From Eledone cirrhosa (Eukaryota), in assembly GCA_964016885.1 (NCBI GenBank), contig OZ024741.1, positions 167,090,001-167,154,000 on the forward strand: DNA of 64,000 nucleotides, read 5' to 3'. The notes beneath the pieces were generated by a model. The model was not told the origin of the DNA. It ran no database searches and was given only the letters and a program-made list of their open reading frames with translations. Numbering within the stretch: the stretch's first letter is position 1; every line of letters starts with the position of its first letter. Position numbers and translations under genes: made by a program. Shown one piece after another: positions 52,362 through 64,000 of the stretch.

Positions 52362-53564
52362 TTAACTATGACTGCACGGCTCTATTTTCCTGTGAAACAT
52401 GATATTGTTGCCACAACTATTTACAATGCTAAAATGAGGAAGGATTGTCCTGATAGTCATAACCAGAGGCATACCAGAACGTATCCATACATTTAAATAT
52501 AAGGAACACTGTAGCCTCAGGCATGGATGAATATTTTAGAAGTTCATTTCTAAACCATGTAGTTTCAAGTTTGGTCCCTGTGACACCTTGGACAGTGCCT
52601 TCTGCTATAGCCTCAGATGTGAGTGAATTTGGTAGATTGAAACTCAATTATGTGGAAGCCCATTGTTTATATGTATGTGTTTGTGTACATGTATTCACCT
52701 CCAAAACACTGAAAAGCATAGTGATAAGAAGAGCATCTGGCTGTAAAGATTTTCCATGGATAAAGCAATAGCAGAACTGATGAGAGATTCCATAAAAACA
52801 GTAATCTAGTCTAGACTCAACAGACCTGATATAGTTCTATAGGATTGAGAAAGAAAGGCTATGCACTGTTGTAGAGGTCAGCTGCTCCTGTAGATGTGAT
52901 TGCATTGCATACGTTTGGGAAAAATATAAAACATCTCTGGTGAATTACTGTGAAACCTACAGATCTTGTATAAATTCTCATTTGTAGCTATTACAGATTC
53001 AGTTGGTTGTGTAACAAAATATTCACATAAATTTAAAAGCCTGGAAATTCTAGGGCTTTCCATGAATGAACAAAACAAACTGACTTGCATCCTCCAAACC
53101 CAATCACTTAGTTGTACATTAAAGATTTGCAAAACATTCCAAAGATTCTCCATTCAAGTCTCCTAGAAGGAACATATGCACCCCATCTTGGGGGCATATA
53201 GCATATACACACATTTATACATACCATGCCATAGACCCACACCACCTGGTGGAATCATAGAGGTGCTGTAGTGGTATACAACATATTTTAGGCTTTTAAA
53301 CCTGGCAGAGCCCATCCCTCTCCAGGTTTGAACACAACAGATTTCTTCCAGAGAAAGAGAAAGTAAGTGAGCAAGAGAGATACAAAGAGAATTGACTCCA
53401 ATATTGGATTGGTACTTTATTTATTGATCTTGAAAGAATGAAAGACAAGGTTGACCTCAACAGAGTTTAAACTCAATGTATAGAGAACTGGAAGGATTAC
53501 CACAATGCATTCTCTACAACATTTCAAGGATTCTGCCAATTTGCCATCTTACACACAATCATAA

Positions 53565-53610
<46 letters not shown>

Positions 53611-54027
53611 TCATACATATATAAAAAGCAAGTATACAATTCTATATTCAAGTGATATGAGAAACCAGGCACTCATGTATATGCACACATGAGCTCACAC
53701 CAACACTGTCAGATCCCTGGAACTATCTTGACTCAAACAAAAAAGTCTTGTCACATCATTAGTGACCAGGCCTATTTTATATACTACTGTGATCTCAAAG
53801 ATAACATATACTTACATACATCCATACATATTTTATATACGAGTATGTGTGTGTGTGTATAGAGAGAGAGAGAGAGCGTGTGTGTTTTTGTATTTGTTTT
53901 GCAAGATTATTGATGTGAAATCATGTGTTGAAACAAACATTGTTATACTTTAGGAGCGTGATGCTGCCAATAAAAATCCATGCATCAGTTGAGTTTCGCT
54001 TTGGTTTTATTATTAGTTAGGTAACTA

Positions 54028-55048
54028 GGGTGGTGGATTGGCAGTGTCAGCAGAATGTCGGGCAATATGCTTTGTGGCATAGAGTTAAAATCCCGCCGAG
54101 ATTAGCTTTGCGGTGAAATAATGTACTAGCAATGCACTGGGGTCGATTCAATAGAGTTAATCGACTTTCCTCCCCACCCAAATTGTTGGCCTTGTGCCTA
54201 AATCAGAAACCATTATTAGTTAGGTTGGCTAATCTATCCCTCACAGAAAGACAACATAAAGTAAATAAAGCAAAATAAAAATGAAGAAGATGAACAGAGA
54301 AGGAAGAAGAGTCATTGAGAAGGTCACAGAATATGTGATGAAAGAGTTTTGACAATTAAATAACCATTTGGTTATTGAACTGAGATATAGATTTGTTACC
54401 TGACTAATAATTGTTTCTACTTTAGGCACAAGGCCAGCAATTACCTAGTGCATTACTGGTACTTTATTTTATCGACCCCGTAAGGATGAAAGGCAAAGTC
54501 AACCTCGGCGGGATTTAAACTTAGAATGGCAAGGGCCGTAACTCTATGCGTCAAAGCATGGCGTCCGACCCTTTACCGAAACTGCCAATCCACCGCTGAC
54601 TAATAATGATTTCTAATTTAGGTACAAGACCATCAATTTGGGTGGAGGAGAAGTCAATTAAATTGACCACAGTATGTTACCGGTACTTTATTTTATTGAA
54701 CCTGTAAGGATGACAGGCAAAGCTAACCTCAGCAGGATTTGAACTCGGAACAAAGGGCTGTAACTTTATACTACAAAGCATGTTGGCCAATGTCCTACCG
54801 ATACTGCCAATCCATTACCCTTGTTACTTGACTTATAATGGTTTCTGATTTAGGTACAAGGCAAACAATTTTGGAGAAGGGGAAAGTAGATTAAATCGAC
54901 CCCAGTGTGTTACTTGTGCTTTATTTTATCAACCCCGTAAGGATGAAAGGCGAAGCTAACCTCAGTGTGATTTGAACTCAGAACGTAACTATATGTCACA
55001 AAGCATGTTGTCCAACATCCTACTGATACTGCCAATCCTCCAGCCCTT
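54028..55048. mobile_element. Cluster of four family-1 SINEs (one +, three tandem -)
   Basis: Copies at ~54028-54215(+), ~54408-54596(-), ~54603-54820(-) and ~54835-55047(-), separated by repeats of (TTAC)CTGACTAATAAT. Confidence 0.88.
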
Positions 55049-56308
55049 ACCTGACTAATAATAAAACAGAACTGAAACTCAACTAATGTATGGGTTTTTC
55101 TATTGGCAGCATGACCACTCCCAATATATAACTATATATATAACTATATATAACTATATAACTATATATAACTATATACATAACCATTTAGTGTGTGTAA
55201 TTGTTTATGTGTTTGTGTATTTGATCCTTTCATTTGGATGAAATATATCTTAATTCTTTTGTCACCATATTTCTAATAAAAGACACTGCTTGTGATTTTC
55301 AAATAATTTGGAAGATAATCAAGAATTTGAAAGGATTTAGTAATATGACTTTCTCATTATTATGTTGGTGTTTAGAACATAACTTAAAGATTCTTACATA
55401 GAATTATGACGGAATGTTTTTAGATAAATATAAACCATTTAAAACAAATAGCATTCTATCATGCAACCAGAGGCAGTCTCTGGTAATTGTGTATCAAAAG
55501 GGTTAAATTTAGTAGAAAAAGCAAAATATGTTTTTTTTTGTCTTTTTTTTTTTGCAATCATTGCTGTATGTATATTATGTGATTCTTCCTGGAGGTGTGT
55601 GTATGTTTGCGAGAGCATCTGTGTTTTGAAGGAGTTGGGGTAGGGCTTTTCTGTGTTTTAAGCTGATTAAAAATAAAAATAAAAAAAAATTGAGGGGCGG
55701 AATATTTTAACAAGTGTCTTATTCAGGAAATTGAGATATAATTCTGATTATTTTTTTTTTTTTTTAATTTATTTTTTTTTTTTATTATTCAGGGTGGAGT
55801 AGGATATGAATTCCCTTTTGGTCCCATATTTTTTAAAATAATCAATTTAGGTATTTTTTGCAAATTTTTTTTCTCCATTAAAGAATATTTCTTGTAGTGT
55901 ATTCTTTATATTCAAGATATCTTTCATTCAGATCTCATATATATATATATATATATACAAGTGGGGAACAGTTCTCTTTCAAACATGTTATATTGAATAC
56001 ACAACTGTGTTCCAATTTCATCATTTTTATGATTTTTCACATTTATGTAGATCTTTATGCATAGTTTGAAGTAGTTGCACTTCTATGTCCAAGTGTGTTA
56101 GTGTTTCAAGACCTTCACAGCCCAATTTTCATAATCGGCATAGCCATGTTTGTGGCTAATTGTTTACATGCTTACCAGTAGTCATAAAGGATCTTGGAAG
56201 TGGTAGGAAATCATGAAAAAAATCCTTAATAAAAATGATCAAAATGATGCAGTGGTATTTTCAATATGTATATATCTTACATACATACATGTATTGTCCT
56301 CACATTGC

Positions 56309-57562
56309 TCATATAGGTACAGGTTTTATCAAAACTGCCATTGTCCGAGCCACCTCAGGGTTAATTATATCAATTGTATGTGACATATGGTTACTACGGG
56401 AACAGACAGTTGGTGAGGACTGTTCCACTTGAATGACCTCTTCATCATCATTATACACTATCAAACTAGACATTACCCTAGCTTCTCCTTGGACAAGGGC
56501 AGACTCATGGCAAAAGATTTGTAATATCCATTGGTCAGCATTCTTCCGGTAAGTAATTTTCCAGTCACCTTCCTTAATTTCGGAAGGCACAGGTCCAACA
56601 TATGTTCGGACATCAACCTGGATGCCAAATCGATGAGTATTGTGCATACGCACACTGTCTACCATTAGCTCCTTGTAGTCACGTGGTATATAGAATGGTT
56701 CATTAAATGAGACCTTCAGTTCTTTTTGTGCTGGACACAGTGAACGAAAACGGTAAGCTTTGCTGATAAGGTGGTGCATCAAGGTCCTGTATTCGGGTAG
56801 TTTAGAGATTTCAGAGTTTTCAATGTCAAACAGTTGTGAGACCAGCATTTGTGGGAAACGAATGAAAGACATCAACTTTTCTACATTCTCTCCAAAACTG
56901 TTGGGCTTTACAGATTCTTGATGTTCCAGCCAATGTGTAAGGGCAATGTACAAAGAGTATTCATTGGTGACAACCAGGCTTGAACTTTGCAACAGGTCGG
57001 TAACAAAATCATTGTCCATGGTCAGCCATTCTGGAGATTTTATAATATTATCTGCATTCCACGCGATTGTCTTGGCGCACTGTTCTATAAGGTCCTGCAA
57101 GTGTAGAGCCTTGGCCCATGAATACCAATTCAGTGCATTCTGAACTTTAGGAGATTTTGTGTTCTCCACCATGTATTTGGTACAGAGGTGCTTCAGTGAT
57201 GCTACGTTGTATTTATCTGCAAGACAAAGAACACCAACTGCAGATTCCGGATTAATTTTGATTTCAGCAGTGTAGAGATAGCGAAGAAACCTATTGAAGA
57301 CAGCCTGGCATTCAGCGGACTCATTTAGGTCAATACTTGCCGTACTTTTCTCTTTCCACCGACTTTCATAAAGCATCGTGCGAAATACATCACTTGACTT
57401 GGCCAACACAAACTTATGGCCAAAATAGACCTTGGCGCCAACATTTAGTTTTATGTCACTGAGCGACTCCTGGTTATAAAATCGAGATACGTTGGATATA
57501 AACGTACCTTCATCCTTCAGGACAAACTCTTGGCTGCCAGGAGTTAGGGGTCCTTCCATCAT
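56309..57562 (-). CDS. BTB/POZ-BACK domain protein, BTBD17-like, 417 aa, single coding exon
   Basis: SDIKLNVGAKVYFGHKFVLAKSSDVFRTML..FLRYLYTAEI..LADKYNVASLKHLC (BTB); WLTMDNDFVTDLLQSSSLVVTNEYSLY..W..IRFPQM (BACK). ATG directly follows the acceptor TTTGTTTATTTATTTCAG, so upstream exon(s) exist. Confidence 0.93.
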   Translation of the reverse strand: MMEGPLTPGSQEFVLKDEGTFISNVSRFYNQESLSDIKLNVGAKVYFGHKFVLAKSSDVFRTMLYESRWKEKSTASIDLNESAECQAVFNRFLRYLYTAEIKINPESAVGVLCLADKYNVASLKHLCTKYMVENTKSPKVQNALNWYSWAKALHLQDLIEQCAKTIAWNADNIIKSPEWLTMDNDFVTDLLQSSSLVVTNEYSLYIALTHWLEHQESVKPNSFGENVEKLMSFIRFPQMLVSQLFDIENSEISKLPEYRTLMHHLISKAYRFRSLCPAQKELKVSFNEPFYIPRDYKELMVDSVRMHNTHRFGIQVDVRTYVGPVPSEIKEGDWKITYRKNADQWILQIFCHESALVQGEARVMSSLIVYNDDEEVIQVEQSSPTVCSRSNHMSHTIDIINPEVARTMAVLIKPVPI

Positions 57563-57779
57563 CTGAAATAAATAAACAAACAAGAAAAATATATGTCAAT
57601 GGTCATGAAATAGATTAAATGAAATGAAATGTGAAAAAAGCTTACCCTATATGTGCAGATATGGCTATGTGGGTAAGTAGTACACTTCACAACAACCTGA
57701 AAAATGCCATCTACTGAAGCCTCAGGTTGACCAATAACTTGTCAGTGGAATTTAGTAGATGCAGACTACAGAAACCCAT

Positions 57780-57855
<76 letters not shown>

Positions 57856-60800
57856 AAAAAACATGTATACACACTTTTTATTACCTGTACAGGCTATATT
57901 TATTAGAATGCACAGCCTTTGTGTATACATTTTCTGGAAGACACCCTATATATGTATGTATGAATGTTTACATTTGTGTCTGTGTTAGTGTTTATGTCCC
58001 GTAACTTAGATTCAATTAAAAAAGATGGATTAAATAAGTACCAAACTTCATAAAATAATAGGGTCAAAATAATCAACTAAAATCACTTTGAGGCAGTGTC
58101 CTAGCACGGTCACAATCTAATGAATAAAACCAGCAAAAGAGTAAAGGAATATGCCTGTTGATTTGAATTATGCAATAATTAGTTCAGACATAAATATCAA
58201 CTCAATCAGCCAAAGAAATTTAAGAACAATAATATTATGAATATGCCAAAATAAATAAATTTTTTAATACAACTGTGTGCTTAATCTTTAACATGCTGTT
58301 GGTGACAAATTGCAGAAATAGAGCAATCTCCCCTTAATACATAATGCAGTGTTAAGGGAAGCAATTCATTAAAAAAATTCAGTGTGCTGAAGATTAAGAA
58401 GTTCACATTAAAACTATGTGGTTTGGGGTTTAGTCCAGTGTGACACCTTGAACAAGTGTCTTCTACTACAGTCCCAGGCTGACCAATGTGTTATGAGTGG
58501 AATTTGGTAGAGAGAAACTGTAAGGAAACTTGTATGTGCATATGTGTGTGTATATATATATATATATATGTATGTATAGTTACTTGAATGTAATTTATAT
58601 ATACAAAAGAATATGTAAATATAGACGTAAATGTGTATATTTAACTCATGGCATTTGTCAAAGTTTAAGGTACTAATAGTTTCATATGGTGATGTTGGTA
58701 AAACAGTTTAAGTCAAGTTTGCAATGGCTGAGGAGAAAGTTGGTCTTAGAGACAAAACTTCTTATATAATTAGATATTTATAAAAGATTCATGCCAGCAA
58801 CAGATAACCCTATGAAACTATTAATACCTTAAACTTTGTCTAACGCCATGAATTATACAAGTGTGCATATATGTGTGTGTCAGATGTTGCTAATATCATA
58901 TCAACACAGCCGGTAAAAGCCAGCAGCAACATTCATGTCCCCCATAAACAATACACCCAGCAGCATTGCAGTTCATTAAATATTAGTAATATTTACACAA
59001 TACATAAAATATGGTATGGGTTTGTATTAGGTGGGGCATCCAAACATATAAATCCTACCTCAAACAAGAGCAAACAAGATGACGGTGATTCAAAGAACAG
59101 AACCTACAGTAGACTAGGCTTTAAGTACATACATTTAAATTTTCACAGAAGCATTACCTTGGTCTCTTAAACAAATGAGTTCCTTTCATCCTTCTTTTAA
59201 ATACGAAAAAATTTATGTATGTGTGTATATATATGTATAATACTATAAGTATGTATGTATGAATATTTATGTATAATACTATAAGTATGGCTGCATTTAA
59301 TGTGATCATTTCATAACCACATTTTTCTGGTTCTGTGCTATTGTGTGGAACCTTAGGCAAGTGTCCTCTACTATAGTTGTAGGCTGACCAATTCGGCATA
59401 TGGAAACTCCAGAAGGAAGAAATACAGCTAGACAAATGTGTGTGCATGTGTATGCATTGAGTATGTTTATATCTGTGATTATGTTCCATAATATGTGTAC
59501 ATAACAGCAGTGTTGCACACATAAAAACGAACACAAAAGTCAAATGAACAAAAGCATCTACTTCTCTTCAGTCACCTCCTAGATAGCATATATAATTTTG
59601 TGCCTAAAGTTGGTATAGCATCATTACTTCCAGGTTGCTCAAGGATGGAAAGGACAGCCACCAGAGATGTGTATGAGACAACATAACAACAAAGAGAGAG
59701 AAACAAATGAAAAATAAACACAGAATATGAAGGAAATACAAGAACAAGAAAGTCTTACGAATGAGATATGGCAAGATACAGTATAGTGTAAGTTGTGTAG
59801 TTAACTGATGATAGAAAGAGAAATAATTATGGACAACATTCACAAAAGAATATAGTGAGAGAGGGTAGGAACAAAACCGTCTAACTCATGCTAGATGGGA
59901 AGATAGACGTTAAACAATGATGATGATGTTGATGATGATGATATATGAAATACCAGAGGCAACAGTGTTGGCGATCAAACGGAGACAACATAGGGTTTGA
60001 GAGGACTCTTTAGTCAGGTCTAACATGTGTCAACTGCTTTACTGCTGGTGCCATGATAAAATGTACCCAATATACCTTGTAAGGTGCCATGCTAAAATGC
60101 ATCCAGGCCACTCTGTAAAATGGTAGCACTGGTGTAATGGAAAAAAAGCACCTAGTACATTTTGTATGGAAGTTAGCGTTAGGAAGAGCATCCAGACGGA
60201 TAAATGATGCCAAATCTGGAGGTATGGACAAAATGAGGTCGCACCAACAAATCTAGTCTCAGTTTGTGACAACCAGTCCAACCAATGCCAGCATGAAAAC
60301 CAGACATAAAATGATGATGTTAATTGGGTTCTGATCTAGCGATCAGAGTATTCCATAAAGGAGAAAAAACTCAATACTTTTAATAGAATAAATATATAAG
60401 TCGATTACAACATAGATATGATGTTTCAACAAAGCTGGTATTGCAAGGAAATGAAATGTGTGTTTGTTTTACCGCTGGAGAAATGCCATTCAAACAGGAA
60501 AATAACAACGGTTGGGTTAATATCAAACTTGATGTTCAGTAACATTAACACACTTCATTGGTGGAAACGATCCTCTAATATTTTTCACAAATAATTATAT
60601 ATTTTCGTAGCATCGTTTTCCATAATTCAAAACGCTAATGTGTTATATATTTGCTTTATTCATTTTTACCAGCGGTAGAGTTATTTCCCTTGTCAGCCTT
60701 CCTCATGTCTTCACCAGTAGCATTACTTCCCTTGTTTTCCTCCATCGGTGGTAGATTTATTTCCCTTATTAGCACCCCCCCCCACACACACACACACACA

Positions 60801-61789
60801 TGTAGTAGAATAGTTTCCCCATTTCCAGTAGAGTCATTTTCCTTACACACAAGTTTTTTCCCAACAATCTCAGAAGCCCTAGAAATAGTGAAGGGCACCG
60901 TTTTATGGTTGGATGCCTTTCCTTAGTCACCTCTTGCAGAAATATTTATTCTAAATTAGATATACACAGAAGAAAAAGGATTGAGGATGAAAGTGATAGA
61001 AATAAATGTGGAAGGAAGTAGAGGAAGGGGAAGACCAAGAAAGATATAGCTCAAGATGATAGAGGAAGAAATGAAAGCCAAGAGGCTGGTGGGATGATGC
61101 AGGTGCTAGGGCAATGTGGAGGAGCTTGCCATGGGGCCCAAATAACTATCTCCTGCTTTAACAGGGGAAATTATATTAAAATGCTGGTTGTTTTTGTTTG
61201 TGTGTAAGTGTAGTAAAGCAAGCAAATAAATAAGCAATAAAGAACATAAACAGTTATAGATTAGAGCTCACCTTAATTGCAAATAAGTTCACCTTACCTG
61301 TCACAAAGAAATATCTTTTGAATTGACGGCAAGGTGAATTCTGGCTTTGATTATGTGGTTTGATAGAGTACCAATACTGTACTTGCTATCTTATATAAGA
61401 AATAGCTGTTGAGATTAACTTTGCATTACATCCTTCAAAAAGATGGCATGGTGGGTTACAATAAAGTACTAGTCATATACTGTGGTATATCAACTTAATA
61501 TAATTGGCTTCTTTTCTTACCCAACTTGTTGACCTTCTGCCTAAATTAGAAACCATAGGCAGTATCCGCAGAGTGTCCGACACCATGCTTTGCAGCATAG
61601 AGTTACGACCCTTTACGTTTTGAGTTCAAATCCCGCCGAGGTAAACTTTGTCTTTCATCCTTATGGGGTCAATAAAATAAAGTACTAGTAATGCACTGGG
61701 ATCGATTTAATCGACTTTTCCCCCCTCTAAAATTGTTGTTGTTGTCTAGTCTACATTATGAGTTTTGACTAATCTACACTATGAGATTT

Positions 61790-62250
61790 ATGACTATATC
61801 CCAAAATTGTTTGGCAACATCTTGGCAGACATCTACTGCAACTGGCAGCAGAAAGGGAAAAATTGCCAGTTCTGTGAGTCGGAATGGTAATGCTGCTCAA
61901 AAAAGATGCGAACAAAGGAGACATAAGGAATAGTTTCCAGCCCATAACCTTGCTGAACGCAGTTGAAAATTTTTGCCAAGATGTTAGCAAAGAGGTTGGC
62001 GCTTGTCGTTGAGAGTTTTGTCAGGGAAGCACAAACATGCACAATCCCAAACAAATCTATCCACAAGAACCTCCACCTTGTGCAGTACATCATACAACAG
62101 GGTATGGAGTAAACCTAGTTTCAGTGGGGCTTTGATCAACTTGGACTAATCGAAAGCTTTTGATAAGGTCATCCATCACTACTTGGTGGCTGACCTTAGA
62201 GCAGGTGGTTTTGGTCCCATTTTCAAGAGCTGGATTGTCAGCCACTGTAT
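61790..62250 (+). mobile_element. L1/Tx1-clade RT fragment
   Basis: FQPITLLNA..KIFAKMLAKRL..EAQTCTIP..IHKNLHL..ALINLD*SKAFDKV. Confidence 0.8.
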
Positions 62251-62444
62251 TTAGTGAAAGTTCCATAATAATTAACTAGCTGGTCTGTTCTGGTTGACTT
62301 TTGGCCTGGGGGCTATGGATATTTTCCAGAAATCTCTCACCTGGCAGTGTTATTGGAGGAGGGAAGTGGGGGCATTGTAGGGTTGAGATAAATTCTAGTG
62401 CTGTCAGATGAGCCTCGTTTAATGCCTATGTATTGCTGACTTAA

Positions 62445-62651
62445 CCCTTTAGCATTTAAACTGGTTGTATCCAGCCAGAATTTTCTCACCTCTTTCTGGT
62501 CAAACCAGCCATAACTGGCCACTCATACTGATGTTAATGTATTGTTCTCAAAATAAATAATATCAAAATCACATAGATTCAATATTATGTGAGATAAAGC
62601 CTTTATGCAAAACTACAATAATAAATATAGAGTAATGTAAATGTTAAAGGG
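62445..62651. mobile_element. piggyBac-type MITE
   Basis: TTAA TSD on both sides; TIR CCCTTTAGCATTTA / TAAATGTTAAAGGG. Confidence 0.88.
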
Positions 62652-64000
62652 TTAAGGAGTTATGTTGAAAAACTGTTGTCATGTGTAGGACAGATCCAGC
62701 TACCAACTGAGTCTATGTGAATAACACCCTGCTACCCTCCTTTAATAGGGAATTGTAAGCAGTTTTCCTTTGTTTAGTGACTATGGCAAAAGAGCTTGTG
62801 TTGCGAACAAGACTGAGAGATTGAAGACAGACATTTCTCCTAAGACAAGCTCTCACCAACTTTTCCAAGTTTCATCTGGAAAGGAGAGTGAGAGTGGAGA
62901 GAGAAATGCCTCTCTCCAGTAAATTTATCAATACATTGGTGAAACTAGCGAAAAATAGCAAGAGTAAATGAGTTTACTCTCGGCTTGTGCAAGTAGGTTA
63001 GACACTGACAGTTGGAAGAAGGCAATCACCCTTAGTAGTCAGGGTGATTGTGGATCTGTGAGTTCCTCACTTAGCCAAAGGTAATCAGCTCTCTGTACTA
63101 GGAGGATGGGTGACCTTATATAAATGTATATTATGTATACATAATTTGTATATTATATTTATTTGTTGCCCATTTTTTCATTTCTTTGTAAAACCTGACC
63201 TTAAGTTTGTAACTTATCTTTGTAATGACTCCTTCATCCGATGTCCTTGTGGCAAATAAAAAAACATCATAATTATTAATAGTAGAGGTAGCAGCAGCGA
63301 CAATAACAATAGTAGTACTAGTAGTAGTAGTAGTAGTAGTAGTATTTATGAATTGATCAAACAGATCTTATGATGAAAGTCACTTTAGCTATAATCGTCT
63401 CTTTGCTTTGTTTTGTTTTCAAATATATTCAAGAATATCAAGTGTGTTCTTCAGTATTTAATCCATTTGGTGCTGTATTTTTAATGAAATACTATTTCAA
63501 TTAATTATAAACTATGAGATATTTACTAAAATTATTAATTAGTTCATTAATAACGAATTTCATTATTGTTATTATTATTATATCATGACTCATACACTGT
63601 TCATTTTCCTGACATTTGTACATTATTTCTATGTACTATACATGCACCTTTGATGAGTTGTAGTGCACCTGAGCACTGTACACAATAATTTCATTATTAT
63701 TTCATTCATTATTATTATAATTTAACATATGGTTCCTATATAATATTATGTTGAAAGATTTTATTTAAATAGGAACCCTTTCAGGGATTTACTAAATTAT
63801 TTTATTAATTAGATAGTAATATGACCTAAAGTTCTTATATAAAATTATGGTGGAAGATTTTATTTAAATGGGTGGTTTTGTTTCATAGAACCAATGCTAG
63901 TCTTGGCCAGGTTCATATCAAAAGGATTAAAACAGTAGAGTAAGATTTAAGTAGTTTGTTCTGCAACCAAGTGATTTTTGGTTCAGTTTCACTGTGTAGC

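Noticed and set aside
57563-57583. ORF-track start MFVYLFQ for the BTB gene
   Set aside because: This is the intronic polypyrimidine tract/AG; the real frame starts at the ATG at 57562.

Overview
Eukaryotic, AT-rich, repeat-dominated animal DNA. The SINE/LINE repertoire and microsatellite load suggest an octopod cephalopod (inference). Only one convincing host gene is present: a single-coding-exon BTB/POZ-BACK protein on the minus strand (56309-57562). The rest is microsatellites, two large minisatellites (15-bp and 27-bp units), many tRNA-derived SINEs, LINE fragments (RTE, R4/Dong, L1/Tx1, CRE-like) and mariner, hAT and piggyBac MITEs. The most notable system is a set of (TA)n-targeting Penelope-like elements. 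One is a young Naiad-type RT+GIY-YIG element with ~1-kb inverted termini, each ending in a type I hammerhead ribozyme with a variant U3-A8 core. Non-coding fold-back elements share the same two-arms-plus-one-sided-tail plan and carry their own hammerhead. Also found: a KIF23/MKLP1 C-terminal retrocopy inside a local inverted duplication, a non-autonomous RTE-like element with a candidate HDV-like 5' fold, repeated same-site SINE insertions with multiplied target duplications, and a minisatellite born in frame inside a LINE ORF. Most ORFs in the supplied track are repeat artefacts.
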